This document shows positions 56,705-64,000 of a stretch of DNA of 64,000 bases, piece after piece. The notes under the pieces are model-generated. The model ran no database searches, was not told the origin of the DNA, and was given only the letters and a program-made list of their open reading frames with translations. A program made the translations under genes and the position numbers. The first letter of the stretch is position 1. Each line of letters starts with the position of its first letter. The stretch is from contig JBQVQL010000013.1 in assembly GCA_052440005.1 (NCBI GenBank), positions 1,583 through 65,582 of the forward strand. Direction: 5' to 3'. The DNA is from Phreatobacter sp. (GTDB taxonomy: Bacteria; Pseudomonadota; Alphaproteobacteria; Rhizobiales; Phreatobacteraceae).

Positions 56705-59137
56705 TCAGGCCGCTGCCGCCATGGCGGCCTCGGCTGCGGGAGGCAATGAGGCCAGCGCCTGGTCGAACTCGATGCCGGTTCCGGCCTCCCCCGTCCAGAC
56801 GACACGCCCGCCTGCCGCGACGCCGTCCATCGTCAGCTGAACCATCGTGCCGACCGGAAGGTTCAGAGGTTGATCGAGACGCGCTCCCTGGGCGCTGATG
56901 TCGACCACCTCGACAGGGATGGTCCGCCCCTCAACCTCGACCGTGCCCGGCTCGCAGAGGGTGGTGCGGGAATTCCGGCGGCGTTCGTCGAGATCCTCGC
57001 CGATGCTGTCGAGGAACGAGGCGACGGACGCGGTGAGTGCCTGAGAGGCCTCCCCGAGAATGTCTGCGGTCTTCATCACCCGCGATGCCTCACCCGTCGT
57101 GTCCGAGGCCGAGGACGCAACACCCTCGACATTGGAGGAGACGACCTGGCTGCCGTCTGCAGCCCTTGCGACATTGCCGGCGATCTCGCGTGTCGCAGCG
57201 TCCTGCTGCTCGACCGCTGCGGCAATGGCCGAGTTGAGCGACGAAATGTCCTCGATGCGTCCGGCAATGGCGCCGATGGACGACACTGCCGTGTCTGTGG
57301 AGGATTGGATGGCAGAAATCCGCGCAGCGATCTCATCGGTCGCCCGGGCGGTTTGGGTAGCAAGGCTCTTCACCTCGCTCGCCACCACCGCAAAACCCCG
57401 GCCCGCCTCTCCGGCCCGCGCCGCCTCGATCGTCGCATTGAGAGCCAGGAGGTTGGTCTGGTCCGCGATGGAGCGGATGAGTTCGACCACACGGCCGATG
57501 CTCTTCGCGCCCTCCGCGAGCTGCGCGACGTCCTGATTGGTCGCGAGAGCCTGCTGCCGCACCTCGTTGACGATGGCGCTGGCCTGGTGCGCCTGGCCGG
57601 CGATCTCACGGATCGAGGCGCCGAGTTCCTCCGTCGCGCTCGCGATGCTCTGGGCGTTGGCGTTCGACTCGGTCGATGCGGAGCGCGCCTCCGTCGCCTG
57701 GTCGAGCGTGGTCGAGGCGACGCGCGAGAGAACCGATGCCGCCGAGCGCATCGACGACGTGCCGTCGGAGAGATTGTGAATCACGCCCGACACCTCGCCG
57801 CGGAACTGCTCCACGAGCATTTCCATATTGGCGCGGCGCGCGAGGTCGCGTTCGCGCTGCCGGCGCTGCTGCGCCTCGAGACGCTCGCGCTTGATGGCCC
57901 CGTCCCGAAACACGCCGACGGCCCGTGACATCAGTCCGATCTCGTCGCCGCGATCGATGCCGGCGAGCCTGATGTCGTGGCGCCCGCGGGCGAGATCGCC
58001 CATGTCGCCGACGAGGGCGACGATCGGCTTCGTCAGGGTCTTTGCGACCAGATAGCCGAGCACGCCGACGGCCAGCAGCACGAGCACGGCGATCACGATG
58101 AGGTTGCGGCGAAGCGCATGGACGGGCGCCAGGGCCTCATCCTCGGCCTGGAGTGCGGTGACCGACCAGCGAAGGTCGCCGAAGCTGAAGGGGCGGGCCG
58201 CGACGAGGCTCGTGGCGTCACGATAGGCTGTCTCGCCGATGGCGGCCTCACCCCGTATGGCCGTATCGATCACGGGTGAGCGCACCTGGGTCTTGAGGAT
58301 GTCGCTCTGCCCCGTGGCGGTGAAGCGGGAGTTGGAGCGCATCAGGCCATCGCCGCCGACGATGATCGCGTCGCCTGTGGCGCCCAGTCCGTGGGCGGCC
58401 GTCATCACCGCATTGATGCGGTCGACGGGCATCTGGAAGGCGAAGACGCCGATAGTCTTGCCGGCCGCATCGACGATGGGCGTCGAGATGAAGGCGGCCG
58501 GCGCATCGTCCGAGGGCGCGTAGGCGCGGAAATCGGTGAGATGGACGGTGCCTGGCGCAGCCGCGAGGCCTTTGCGGAACGCGACGCCGAGATCGCTGTC
58601 GCGCCACTGGCCGGACACCAGATTGGTCGCGAAGTCGCGCTCCTTGAACACCGTGTAGACGAGGTTTCCGGCCGCATCGAACACGAAGACGTCGTAATAG
58701 CCGCGGTCGCGCTGCAACCGGTTGAACCAGGGATGCAGCCGGGCATGGTGGCGTGAATAGGCCGAGCCGTCGGCGGCCGCCTGAAGTTCGTCCTTCTTGC
58801 CGGTCGGATGCGGGTTCTCATCGATGTAGAGGGCCTGGAGCCGCTCAGCGGCACGGTCCCCGAGATCACGGTAACCGGCGGAGAAAGAGACGAGCGCGTC
58901 CCGCGCCATGTCGCTCGTCGCGATGAGCAGCGTGTCCTCGCGTATCACGCTGAAATAGCTCTCGAGGGCCTTCTGCCGCTCGGTGGCAACGGCCGACAGC
59001 GACTGCTGGATCATCGCCAGAGAATTGTTGCGAGCGGCGATATAGGACGAGACGCCCAGAACGACGGCGGTCGTCATGGCGGCGCCGACGACGAGCGCGG
59101 GGATCTTGATGCTCAGGCGCAAGCGGGACAGCAACAT
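56705..59137 (-). CDS. methyl-accepting chemotaxis protein with a C-terminal PilZ domain
   Basis: ATG 59137 has GGAG 7 nt upstream. Order: TM1, about 270-aa periplasmic sensor, TM2, HAMP, MCP signalling hairpin [31 protein letters not shown]. Terminal about 100 aa carry PilZ motifs RRNSR (RxxxR) and DISAQG (DxSxxG). Confidence 0.9.
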   Translation of the reverse strand: MLLSRLRLSIKIPALVVGAAMTTAVVLGVSSYIAARNNSLAMIQQSLSAVATERQKALESYFSVIREDTLLIATSDMARDALVSFSAGYRDLGDRAAERLQALYIDENPHPTGKKDELQAAADGSAYSRHHARLHPWFNRLQRDRGYYDVFVFDAAGNLVYTVFKERDFATNLVSGQWRDSDLGVAFRKGLAAAPGTVHLTDFRAYAPSDDAPAAFISTPIVDAAGKTIGVFAFQMPVDRINAVMTAAHGLGATGDAIIVGGDGLMRSNSRFTATGQSDILKTQVRSPVIDTAIRGEAAIGETAYRDATSLVAARPFSFGDLRWSVTALQAEDEALAPVHALRRNLIVIAVLVLLAVGVLGYLVAKTLTKPIVALVGDMGDLARGRHDIRLAGIDRGDEIGLMSRAVGVFRDGAIKRERLEAQQRRQRERDLARRANMEMLVEQFRGEVSGVIHNLSDGTSSMRSAASVLSRVASTTLDQATEARSASTESNANAQSIASATEELGASIREIAGQAHQASAIVNEVRQQALATNQDVAQLAEGAKSIGRVVELIRSIADQTNLLALNATIEAARAGEAGRGFAVVASEVKSLATQTARATDEIAARISAIQSSTDTAVSSIGAIAGRIEDISSLNSAIAAAVEQQDAATREIAGNVARAADGSQVVSSNVEGVASSASDTTGEASRVMKTADILGEASQALTASVASFLDSIGEDLDERRRNSRTTLCEPGTVEVEGRTIPVEVVDISAQGARLDQPLNLPVGTMVQLTMDGVAAGGRVVWTGEAGTGIEFDQALASLPPAAEAAMAAAA

Positions 59138-59417
59138 CACCAAACTCCATCTCGATCCTGGAGTTTTATCGGCGTGGGTTTGACGACAGGTAAACCACTG
59201 AGCAGGCCAGCGGCGGACGGCAGGCCCGAGGCGCGGCGGGACGACTTGCGACTGACCGTCCGAGCGGCCGTCGGATCTGGGTCTTTAGTCCCCCATGCGG
59301 GACGACTCGCGCCGGAATCACCCCATGCGGACAAATCTTGGCCTCGGGAGGCGGCATCCGGAGACAGCAGAAGCCGGCTGTCATCCCGACGTCACATCAA
59401 TCGAAGATTCTGGATAT

Positions 59418-59771
59418 ATGGATGACGAAAAGGTGATCTTGGCCCTTGCTGCCCTTGCCCAGCCGACGCGGCTCAACGCGTTCAAGGCGCTTGTGGCCAG
59501 CGAGCCTGAAGGCGTGCCCGCCGGCGAACTGGCGCGCCTCTGCAGCGTTCCGCAGAACACGATGTCGTCCCATCTGGCGATCCTCCACCGTGCCCGGCTG
59601 GTCAGCGCCCATCGCCACAGCCGCTCGATCATCTACCGGGCCGATCTCGACCACTTCCGCGCCATGACGCTGCACCTCGTGCAGGACTGTTGCGGCGGTC
59701 GGCCGGAGGTCTGCGCACCGATCATCCAGGGCCTTGCGCCCTCCTGTGCAGCCAAGGCGGACGTGCCATGA
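59418..59771 (+). CDS. arsR: ArsR/SmtB family metalloregulator
   Basis: Start re-picked at ATG 59418. wHTH ([26 protein letters not shown]). C-terminal Cys cluster [10 protein letters not shown] (CC-x6-C) resembles the Acidithiobacillus-type As(III) site. Confidence 0.85.
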   Translation: MDDEKVILALAALAQPTRLNAFKALVASEPEGVPAGELARLCSVPQNTMSSHLAILHRARLVSAHRHSRSIIYRADLDHFRAMTLHLVQDCCGGRPEVCAPIIQGLAPSCAAKADVP

Positions 59772-59911
59772 CCGAAGCGACCCGCATCGACGACGTGCTC
59801 TTCCTTTGCACCGGCAGTCTCTCCCGCTCCATCACGGCCGAAGCGATCCTCAACAAGGCTGGCGCCGGCATGTTTCGGGGCACCACGCGGCCGGCCCCGA
59901 AGGTTGCCTGA
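59768..59911 (+). pseudogene. arsC: truncated LMW-PTP-type arsenate reductase remnant (47 codons)
   Basis: ATG 59768 overlaps the arsR stop. [29 protein letters not shown] matches the first about 40 aa of thioredoxin-coupled ArsC (consensus VLFLCTGNSARS..AEA.LN). The ORF then diverges and stops 4 nt before acr3. Full-length proteins are about 135-170 aa. Confidence 0.6.
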
Positions 59912-59914
59912 AGC

Positions 59915-60985
59915 ATGCCCCTGTTCGAGCGCTATCTGACCCTCTGGGTCCTCGCCTGCATCGTGGCCGGTATCGGGCTCGGCACCGCGGTGCCGGGGCT
60001 GTTCACGACGATCGCTGCGGCGGAAGTCGCCAACGTCAACCTGCCGGTGGCGGTGCTGATCTGGCTGATGATCATCCCGATGCTGCTGCGCATCGACTTC
60101 TCGGCGCTGCGCCAGGTCGGCGCCTTCTGGCGCGGCATCGGCGTGACGCTCTTCATCAACTGGGCGGTGAAACCCTTCTCCATGGCGCTGCTCGGCTGGC
60201 TGTTCATCGGCTGGCTGTTCCGGCCTTACCTGCCGGCCGCGGAAATCCAGTCCTACATCGCCGGCCTGATCGTGCTGGCCGCTGCCCCCTGCACGGCGAT
60301 GGTCTTCGTCTGGTCGAACCTGGCGCGCGGCGAGCCGCATTTCACCCTCAGCCAGGTGGCGCTCAACGACGCCGTCATGGTGGTGGCCTTCGCGCCCATC
60401 GTCGGGCTGCTGCTCGGTCTCTCGGCCATCACCGTGCCCTGGACCACGCTGCTGCTGTCGGTGGTGCTCTACATCGTCATCCCGGTGGTCATCGCCCAGG
60501 TGCTCCGCCGGCGCCTGCTGGCGGGCGGTCCGGCCGCGCTGGAGCGGACGCTCTCCATTCTCCAGCCCATCTCGCTCGTCGCCCTCCTGGCGACGCTGGT
60601 GCTGCTGTTCGGCTTCCAGGGGAGGCAGATCATCGCCCAGCCGCTGATCATCGCGATGCTGGCCGTGCCGATCCTCATCCAGGTCTATCTCAACTCCGGC
60701 CTCGCCTATCTCCTCAACCGCGTGGCGGGCGAGCGGCACTGCGTCGCCGGGCCTTCGGCGCTGATCGGGGCGAGCAACTTCTTCGAACTGGCGGTGGCGG
60801 CCGCCATCAGCCTGTTCGGTTTGAATTCAGGAGCGGCGCTGGCCACCGTCGTCGGCGTCCTCGTCGAGGTGCCGGTGATGCTGTCGGTCGTTTGGATCGT
60901 GAACCGGACGAAGGGGTGGTACGAGGCCGGCCCCGCAGTCCAGCGGCGCGAGGCCGCCGCGCCGCTTCCCGCGCCCGTGCCATGA
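59915..60985 (+). CDS. acr3: ACR3-family arsenite efflux transporter
   Basis: 356 aa. [12 protein letters not shown] start and the conserved Cys-containing block [14 protein letters not shown]. 10-TM BART-superfamily pattern. Confidence 0.9.
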   Translation: MPLFERYLTLWVLACIVAGIGLGTAVPGLFTTIAAAEVANVNLPVAVLIWLMIIPMLLRIDFSALRQVGAFWRGIGVTLFINWAVKPFSMALLGWLFIGWLFRPYLPAAEIQSYIAGLIVLAAAPCTAMVFVWSNLARGEPHFTLSQVALNDAVMVVAFAPIVGLLLGLSAITVPWTTLLLSVVLYIVIPVVIAQVLRRRLLAGGPAALERTLSILQPISLVALLATLVLLFGFQGRQIIAQPLIIAMLAVPILIQVYLNSGLAYLLNRVAGERHCVAGPSALIGASNFFELAVAAAISLFGLNSGAALATVVGVLVEVPVMLSVVWIVNRTKGWYEAGPAVQRREAAAPLPAPVP

Positions 60986-61002
60986 CGAGCGGAGAGACAG
61001 CC

Positions 61003-62046
61003 ATGCGGGTGGGAATCAGCGGCATGGGCCGCATCGGGCGGCTGGCCTTGCGGGCAGCTCTGGGCGCCGCCCATCGCGGGGCGGACGATCCGCGGGCGGG
61101 CAACCGGCTCGACATCGTCCATCTCAACGAGATCAAGGGGGGCGCTGCGACCGCCGCCCACCTCCTCGAATTCGACAGCGTTCAGGGGCGCTGGCGCGGC
61201 GCCATCGCCGCCGAGGGCGAGGATGCGGTGAGGATCGGCGACAGGCGGATGAGCTTCTCCGCCCATGCCTCGCCCGCCGACATTCCCTGGGGCGATCTCG
61301 GCGTCGACGTGGTGATGGAATGTACGGGCAAGTTCCTCACCCCCGCGACGCTCGAGGGGCATCTGAAGCGTGGCGCCAAGCGCGTCATCGTCGCCGCGCC
61401 GGTCAAGGACCCCTCCGTTCTCAATGTCGTCGTCGGCGTCAACGAGCAGCTCTATGATCCGGCGAAACATCCCATCGTCACCGCCGCCTCCTGCACCACC
61501 AATTGCCTCGCGCCGGTGGTGAAGGTCGTCCACGAAGCGATCGGAATCGAGCGTGGCCAGATCACCACGATCCATGACCCGACCAACACGAATGTCGTCG
61601 TCGACGCGCCGCACAAGGACCTGCGTCGGGCGCGCTCGGCCATGCTCTCGCTGCAGCCGACGACCACCGGCAGCGCCACCGCCATCGCATTGATCTATCC
61701 CGAGTTGAAGGGGCGGCTCGACGGCCACGCGGTGCGCGCGCCCGTCCTCAACGCTTCGCTGACGGACTGCGTCTTCCAGGTGAAGCGGGCGACATCGGTC
61801 GCCGAGGTCAACGATCTCTTCAAGGCCGCGGCGGCCGGCCCGCTCGCCGGCATTCTCGGCTTCGAGGCGCTGCCGCTGGTCTCGGCGGACTATGCCCGCG
61901 ACACGCGCTCGGCCATCGTCGACGGCCCCTCCACGCTGGTGACCGACGGCGTCATGCTCAAGGTCTACGCCTGGTACGACAACGAGATGGGCTATGCCTG
62001 CCGCATGGTCGATCTCGCCACGCATATGGCGCGGGTCGGGATCTGA
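61003..62046 (+). CDS. ArsJ-associated glyceraldehyde-3-phosphate dehydrogenase
   Basis: ATG 61003 preceded by GGAGAG (alternative ATG 60982). [10 protein letters not shown] Rossmann motif, active site [18 protein letters not shown]. Immediately followed by arsJ. Confidence 0.9.
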   Translation: MRVGISGMGRIGRLALRAALGAAHRGADDPRAGNRLDIVHLNEIKGGAATAAHLLEFDSVQGRWRGAIAAEGEDAVRIGDRRMSFSAHASPADIPWGDLGVDVVMECTGKFLTPATLEGHLKRGAKRVIVAAPVKDPSVLNVVVGVNEQLYDPAKHPIVTAASCTTNCLAPVVKVVHEAIGIERGQITTIHDPTNTNVVVDAPHKDLRRARSAMLSLQPTTTGSATAIALIYPELKGRLDGHAVRAPVLNASLTDCVFQVKRATSVAEVNDLFKAAAAGPLAGILGFEALPLVSADYARDTRSAIVDGPSTLVTDGVMLKVYAWYDNEMGYACRMVDLATHMARVGI

Positions 62047-62047
62047 G

Positions 62048-63307
62048 ATGGCCGCGCTCTCCGCCGGTCTGCGCAACTACGCCATCGTCACGGCGGCCTA
62101 TTGGGGCTTCACGCTGACGGACGGCGCGCTGCGCATGCTCGTCCTCTTCACCTTCTTCAAGCTCGGCTATTCGCCCTTCACCCTCGCGTTGCTGTTCCTG
62201 CTCTACGAGGCCGCCGGCATCGTCGCCAATTTCATAGGGGGGTGGCTCGCCACCCGTTACGGCATCACGCGCATGCTGACGGTGGGCCTCTCGACCCAGA
62301 TCGCCGGCTTCCTGCTGCTCTCGGCCATGTCGCCGGGCTGGGAGGCGGCCTTCCTGGTCACCTGGGTGGTGGCGGCCCAGGGCATCTGCGGCGTCGCCAA
62401 GGACCTGACCAAGACCGCCTCGAAATCGGCCATCAAGGTCACCGAGAAGGAGGCGCGCAGCGCCGACGCCAGTTCGGACGGTCGCCTGTTCCGCTGGGTG
62501 GCCTGGTTCACCGGCTCGAAGAACGCGATGAAGGGCGCCGGTTTCTTCCTCGGCGGCCTGCTGCTGGAGGCCTTCGGCTTCCGCCTGGCGCTCTGGTTGA
62601 TGGCGGCGGCGCTCGGGCTGGTGCTGATCGGCGTCGTCCTGTCGCTCCCCGCCATGATGGGCAAGGCCAAGGCCAGCGGCACGGCGCGCGAGCTCTTCGG
62701 CAAGAGCCGCGGCGTCAACCTGCTGGCGGCCGCGCGCATCGGCCTGTTCGGCGCCCGCGACGTCTGGTTCGTGGTCGGCCTGCCGGTCTTCCTCTACGCC
62801 TCCGGCTGGACCTTCCCGATGGTCGGCGCATTCCTCGCGGTCTGGACGGTGGGCTATGGGATCGTCCAGGCGGCGGCGCCCGCGCTGGTGAAGCGCAGCC
62901 CTGACGGCCTCTCCACCGAGGTGCCGGCAGCGCGGCTCTGGTCCTTCGCCCTGATGCTGGTGCCGGTGATCATCGCCGCGATCCTCGCCTTCCAGCCGCC
63001 GCGGGCGGACCTCGTCCTCGTCGTCGGCCTCTGCGTCTTCGGCTTCGCCTTCGCCGTCAATTCCTCCGTCCATTCCTATCTCATCCTCGCCTATGCGGGC
63101 TCGGAGAAGGCGGCGGAAGATGTGGGCTTTTATTACGCGGCCAATGCGGCGGGGCGCTTCGCCGGCACGCTGCTGTCGGGCCTGCTTTTCCAGACCGGCG
63201 GCATTCTCGGGTGCCTCGCGGGATCGGCGGTGATGCTCGCCGCCTGCTGGCTGGTGACCCTCGCCCTCCCGGTCGCGCGGGAGGCGTCGGTGGAGCCTGC
63301 GCCATGA
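62048..63307 (+). CDS. arsJ: ArsJ organoarsenical (1-arseno-3-phosphoglycerate) efflux MFS permease
   Basis: ATG 62048 lies 1 nt after the gapdh stop. MFS-like polytopic protein in the characteristic gapdh-arsJ pairing inside an ars operon. Confidence 0.85.
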   Translation: MAALSAGLRNYAIVTAAYWGFTLTDGALRMLVLFTFFKLGYSPFTLALLFLLYEAAGIVANFIGGWLATRYGITRMLTVGLSTQIAGFLLLSAMSPGWEAAFLVTWVVAAQGICGVAKDLTKTASKSAIKVTEKEARSADASSDGRLFRWVAWFTGSKNAMKGAGFFLGGLLLEAFGFRLALWLMAAALGLVLIGVVLSLPAMMGKAKASGTARELFGKSRGVNLLAAARIGLFGARDVWFVVGLPVFLYASGWTFPMVGAFLAVWTVGYGIVQAAAPALVKRSPDGLSTEVPAARLWSFALMLVPVIIAAILAFQPPRADLVLVVGLCVFGFAFAVNSSVHSYLILAYAGSEKAAEDVGFYYAANAAGRFAGTLLSGLLFQTGGILGCLAGSAVMLAACWLVTLALPVAREASVEPAP

Positions 63308-63720
63308 CGGTCACGATCTACCACAACCCCGCCTGCGGCACGTCGCGCAACACGCTCGCCATGATCCGGGCGAGCGGCGTGAAACCGGTCGTGATCGAGT
63401 ACCTGAAGACGCCGCCCAGCCGGGAGAGGCTCATCTCCCTCATCGCGGCCATGGGGATCACGCCCCGCCGGTTGCTGCGCGAGAAGGGCACGCCCTATGC
63501 GGCGCTCGGCCTCGGCGACCCCTCGCTCACGGACGAGGCAATCCTCGACGCGATGATGGCCCATCCGATCCTGATCAACCGGCCCATCGTCGAGACGGAG
63601 AAGGGCACCCGCCTCTGCCGGCCGTCGGAATCCGTGCTGGCGCTGCTCGACACCCCGCCGACGAGCTTCACCCAGGAAGACGGCGAGGTGGTGCGGCCAG
63701 AGCAACATCCGTCGGCGTAA
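63304..63720 (+). CDS. arsC: glutaredoxin-coupled arsenate reductase (ArsC/Spx fold)
   Basis: ATG 63304 overlaps the arsJ stop (ATGA). IYHNPACGTSRNTL contains the R773-type catalytic Cys. Confidence 0.9.
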   Translation: MTVTIYHNPACGTSRNTLAMIRASGVKPVVIEYLKTPPSRERLISLIAAMGITPRRLLREKGTPYAALGLGDPSLTDEAILDAMMAHPILINRPIVETEKGTRLCRPSESVLALLDTPPTSFTQEDGEVVRPEQHPSA

Positions 63721-63866
63721 CCCGATCGACGGCTCCCGGGAAACGGCCGGAGCCGGCGGACCCGATCTCACAATGACCGATGGGCCGACAAAAGCTCGGG
63801 GCGTCGCCCCCTGAATCGGCGGTGCGACGGGCGAGACCGAAGGTTTGGAACCCTGTCGCCGGCGTC

Positions 63867-64000
63867 TTGTTGCTCCCGCATCAACGGAGGATCCCCAGGT
63901 CGCAGACCGACGACGACCGGCTGGACCAGTGGCTGCGCGATGCCCATGCCATGGAGCAGCAGGCCGTCAAGATGCTCGACGGCATGGCCGAGCGCATCGA
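63867..64000 (+). CDS. ferritin-like (DUF892-type) protein, 5' part only, runs off the window
   Basis: The frame reads ...TDDDRLDQWLRDAHAMEQQAVKMLDGMAERI, the typical opening helix of these stress proteins. GGAGG at 63886-63890. No ATG is seen, so the start is uncertain (TTG 63867/63870?). Confidence 0.35.
   Translation, partial: MLLPHQRRIPRSQTDDDRLDQWLRDAHAMEQQAVKMLDGMAERI

Overview
High-GC (roughly 65-70% by eye) chromosomal segment whose gene content and strong GC3 codon bias fit an alphaproteobacterium, probably Rhizobiales-like. The taxon cannot be fixed from the sequence alone. I support about 65 protein-coding genes and saw no rRNA, tRNA or CRISPR array. Many long ORFs in the six-frame track are antisense or alternative-frame artefacts of the high GC. 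Several true genes start well inside the listed ORFs, so starts were re-picked using ATGA/GTGA stop-start overlaps and SD-like motifs.

Blocks, left to right:
1. 1-5.8 kb: epimerase plus a tightly coupled methyltransferase / GH-A-like / DUF1003 / Zn-ADH / Gfo-Idh-MocA operon.
2. 5.9-8.7 kb: YbdK/GCS2 carboxylate-amine ligase with a translationally coupled 71-aa ORF, divergent from an AstE/AspA (M14) deacylase.
3. 8.8-10.9 kb: small proteins and a Crp/Fnr regulator.
4. 11.1-14.2 kb: coupled SDR / DUF4336 / P450 operon.
5. 14.8-20.1 kb: a non-RTX type I secretion locus (PrtD-type ABC plus HlyD) bracketed by two low-complexity proteins that share a C-terminal Gly-rich motif. This is my best candidate for something undescribed.
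6. 20.2-24.2 kb: lower-GC islet (alpha/beta hydrolase, frameshifted pirin, LysR, catalytic-core-only tyrosine recombinase) flanked by an imperfect direct repeat.
7. 24.4-42.0 kb: organophosphate-scavenging supercluster. It holds PhnF, a Ugp-like ABC importer with phnDEC nested inside it, a metallophosphoesterase, a convergent paralogous ABC importer with two tandem binding proteins, a GpdQ-like phosphodiesterase and PHO-box-like repeats. A secreted Cys-containing protein and a YciI / ECF-sigma pair sit in the middle.
8. 42.0-43.2 kb: IS3-family relic and a low-GC membrane protein.
9. 43.2-55.9 kb: MocR regulator, class II (degradative-type) HMG-CoA reductase, two TRAP transporters, IclR, SDR and an FAD oxidoreductase.
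10. 56.7-59.1 kb: MCP with a C-terminal PilZ domain.
11. 59.4-63.7 kb: ars operon (arsR, truncated LMW-PTP arsC remnant, acr3, GAPDH, arsJ, grx-type arsC).

All family assignments come from motif recognition by eye. No database search was run.
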